Assembly (NCBI RefSeq): GCF_007786455.1
Contig: NZ_VNJK01000001.1
Location: forward strand, 1,090,782-1,114,781
Direction of reading: 5' to 3'
DNA length: 24,000 nt
Origin: Paenibacillus agilis
Lineage (GTDB): Bacteria > Bacillota > Bacilli > Paenibacillales > Paenibacillaceae
Every line of letters begins with the position of its first letter. Positions within the stretch are counted from its first letter, which is position 1. A program made the translations under genes and the position numbers. Under the pieces are notes generated by a model. It was not told the origin of the DNA, did no database searches, and saw only the letters and a program-made list of their open reading frames with translations. Of the stretch, positions 23,687 to 24,000 are shown one piece after another.

Positions 23687-24000
23687 ATGTCACTCCGCAA
23701 AGTGAAAGTAAGCTCGAATGTCATCCAAGACTTGAAAAATAAAAAGAGCGGCAACAAAACATCTACGTTATTGCTCAATAAACAATTTGCTCCTCGCTTC
23801 CTAAGACGAGGCAAGGTGCCTGAACTAACCGGACGTATTGTAGAACCAAGGGACTCAAAATACAACTCAGCACGTCAGGAATTCAACACCTACTTTAATA
23901 AATTCCCGCGTGTCATTGTATTTGCTCAAAAGACACAAGACGTAGTCAATGCCATACGATGGGCCCGTTATAATCGTGTACCGATTCGCATGCGCTCCGG
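23687..24000 (+). CDS. FAD-binding (BBE/PCMH-type) oxidoreductase, C-terminus outside the window
   Basis: Read by hand; the ORF is open to the window end. It reads MSLRKVKV...GRIVEPRDSKYNSARQEFNTYFNKFPRVIVFAQKTQDVVNAIRWARYNRVPIRMRSG, the typical N-terminus of FAD-linked oxidases. The start could also be TTG 23675. Confidence 0.75.
   Translation, partial: MSLRKVKVSSNVIQDLKNKKSGNKTSTLLLNKQFAPRFLRRGKVPELTGRIVEPRDSKYNSARQEFNTYFNKFPRVIVFAQKTQDVVNAIRWARYNRVPIRMRS

Overview
This window looks like a chromosomal segment from a Firmicute of the Bacillales, possibly Paenibacillus-like. That placement is inferred from strong GGAGG-type ribosome-binding sites, sigma-A type -35/-10 promoters, a perfect Bacillus 7-1-7 Fur box, and the gene content. 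I support about 27 coding regions.

Gene content in window order:
- 1-5.4 kb: a redox/detoxification cluster with two MBL-fold hydrolases, a CatE-like two-domain VOC dioxygenase, an LLM flavin oxidoreductase and a MarR regulator. A bactofilin-like protein follows.
- 5.5-8.6 kb: a cupin gene divergent from a frameshifted LysR gene, then an aryl-sulfotransferase-family gene. That gene sits behind a promoter plus a terminator-like leader.
- 11.4-15.7 kb: a secreted GH3 NagZ-like hexosaminidase and a large secreted protein built from about 645-nt tandem modules plus FN3 domains.
- 15.9-19.2 kb: a SAM methyltransferase, a Fur-box-controlled siderophore-type esterase, and an XRE regulator plus Ntn (choloylglycine-family) hydrolase operon.
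- 19.3-24.0 kb: an ArsR, SRPBCC and DUF1579-like trio. Next comes an oxidoreductase plus ECF41-type sigma factor module with a near-consensus ECF41 promoter, then the start of a BBE-like FAD oxidoreductase.

The stand-out region is 8.58-11.42 kb, which is visibly more AT-rich in its left half.
- It holds a free-standing 319-aa reverse transcriptase (RT) that resembles group II intron RTs. The catalytic motif is YTDD, and the protein ends about 25 aa after motif 7, so there is no thumb/maturase domain.
- I see no recognisable intron domain V/VI.
- About 725 nt upstream of the RT has no credible ORF and is rich in nested helices. This is a candidate ncRNA.
- Downstream lie two decayed pieces of a second RT 3' end. 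They are split by an insert of about 840 bp that carries a gene for a protein with two transmembrane helices (2-TM).
- Both RT ends share a 28-nt perfectly identical block spanning the stop codon.

No rRNA, tRNA or CRISPR array was seen. All calls come from reading the sequence and remembering family motifs. No searches or folding computations were run.
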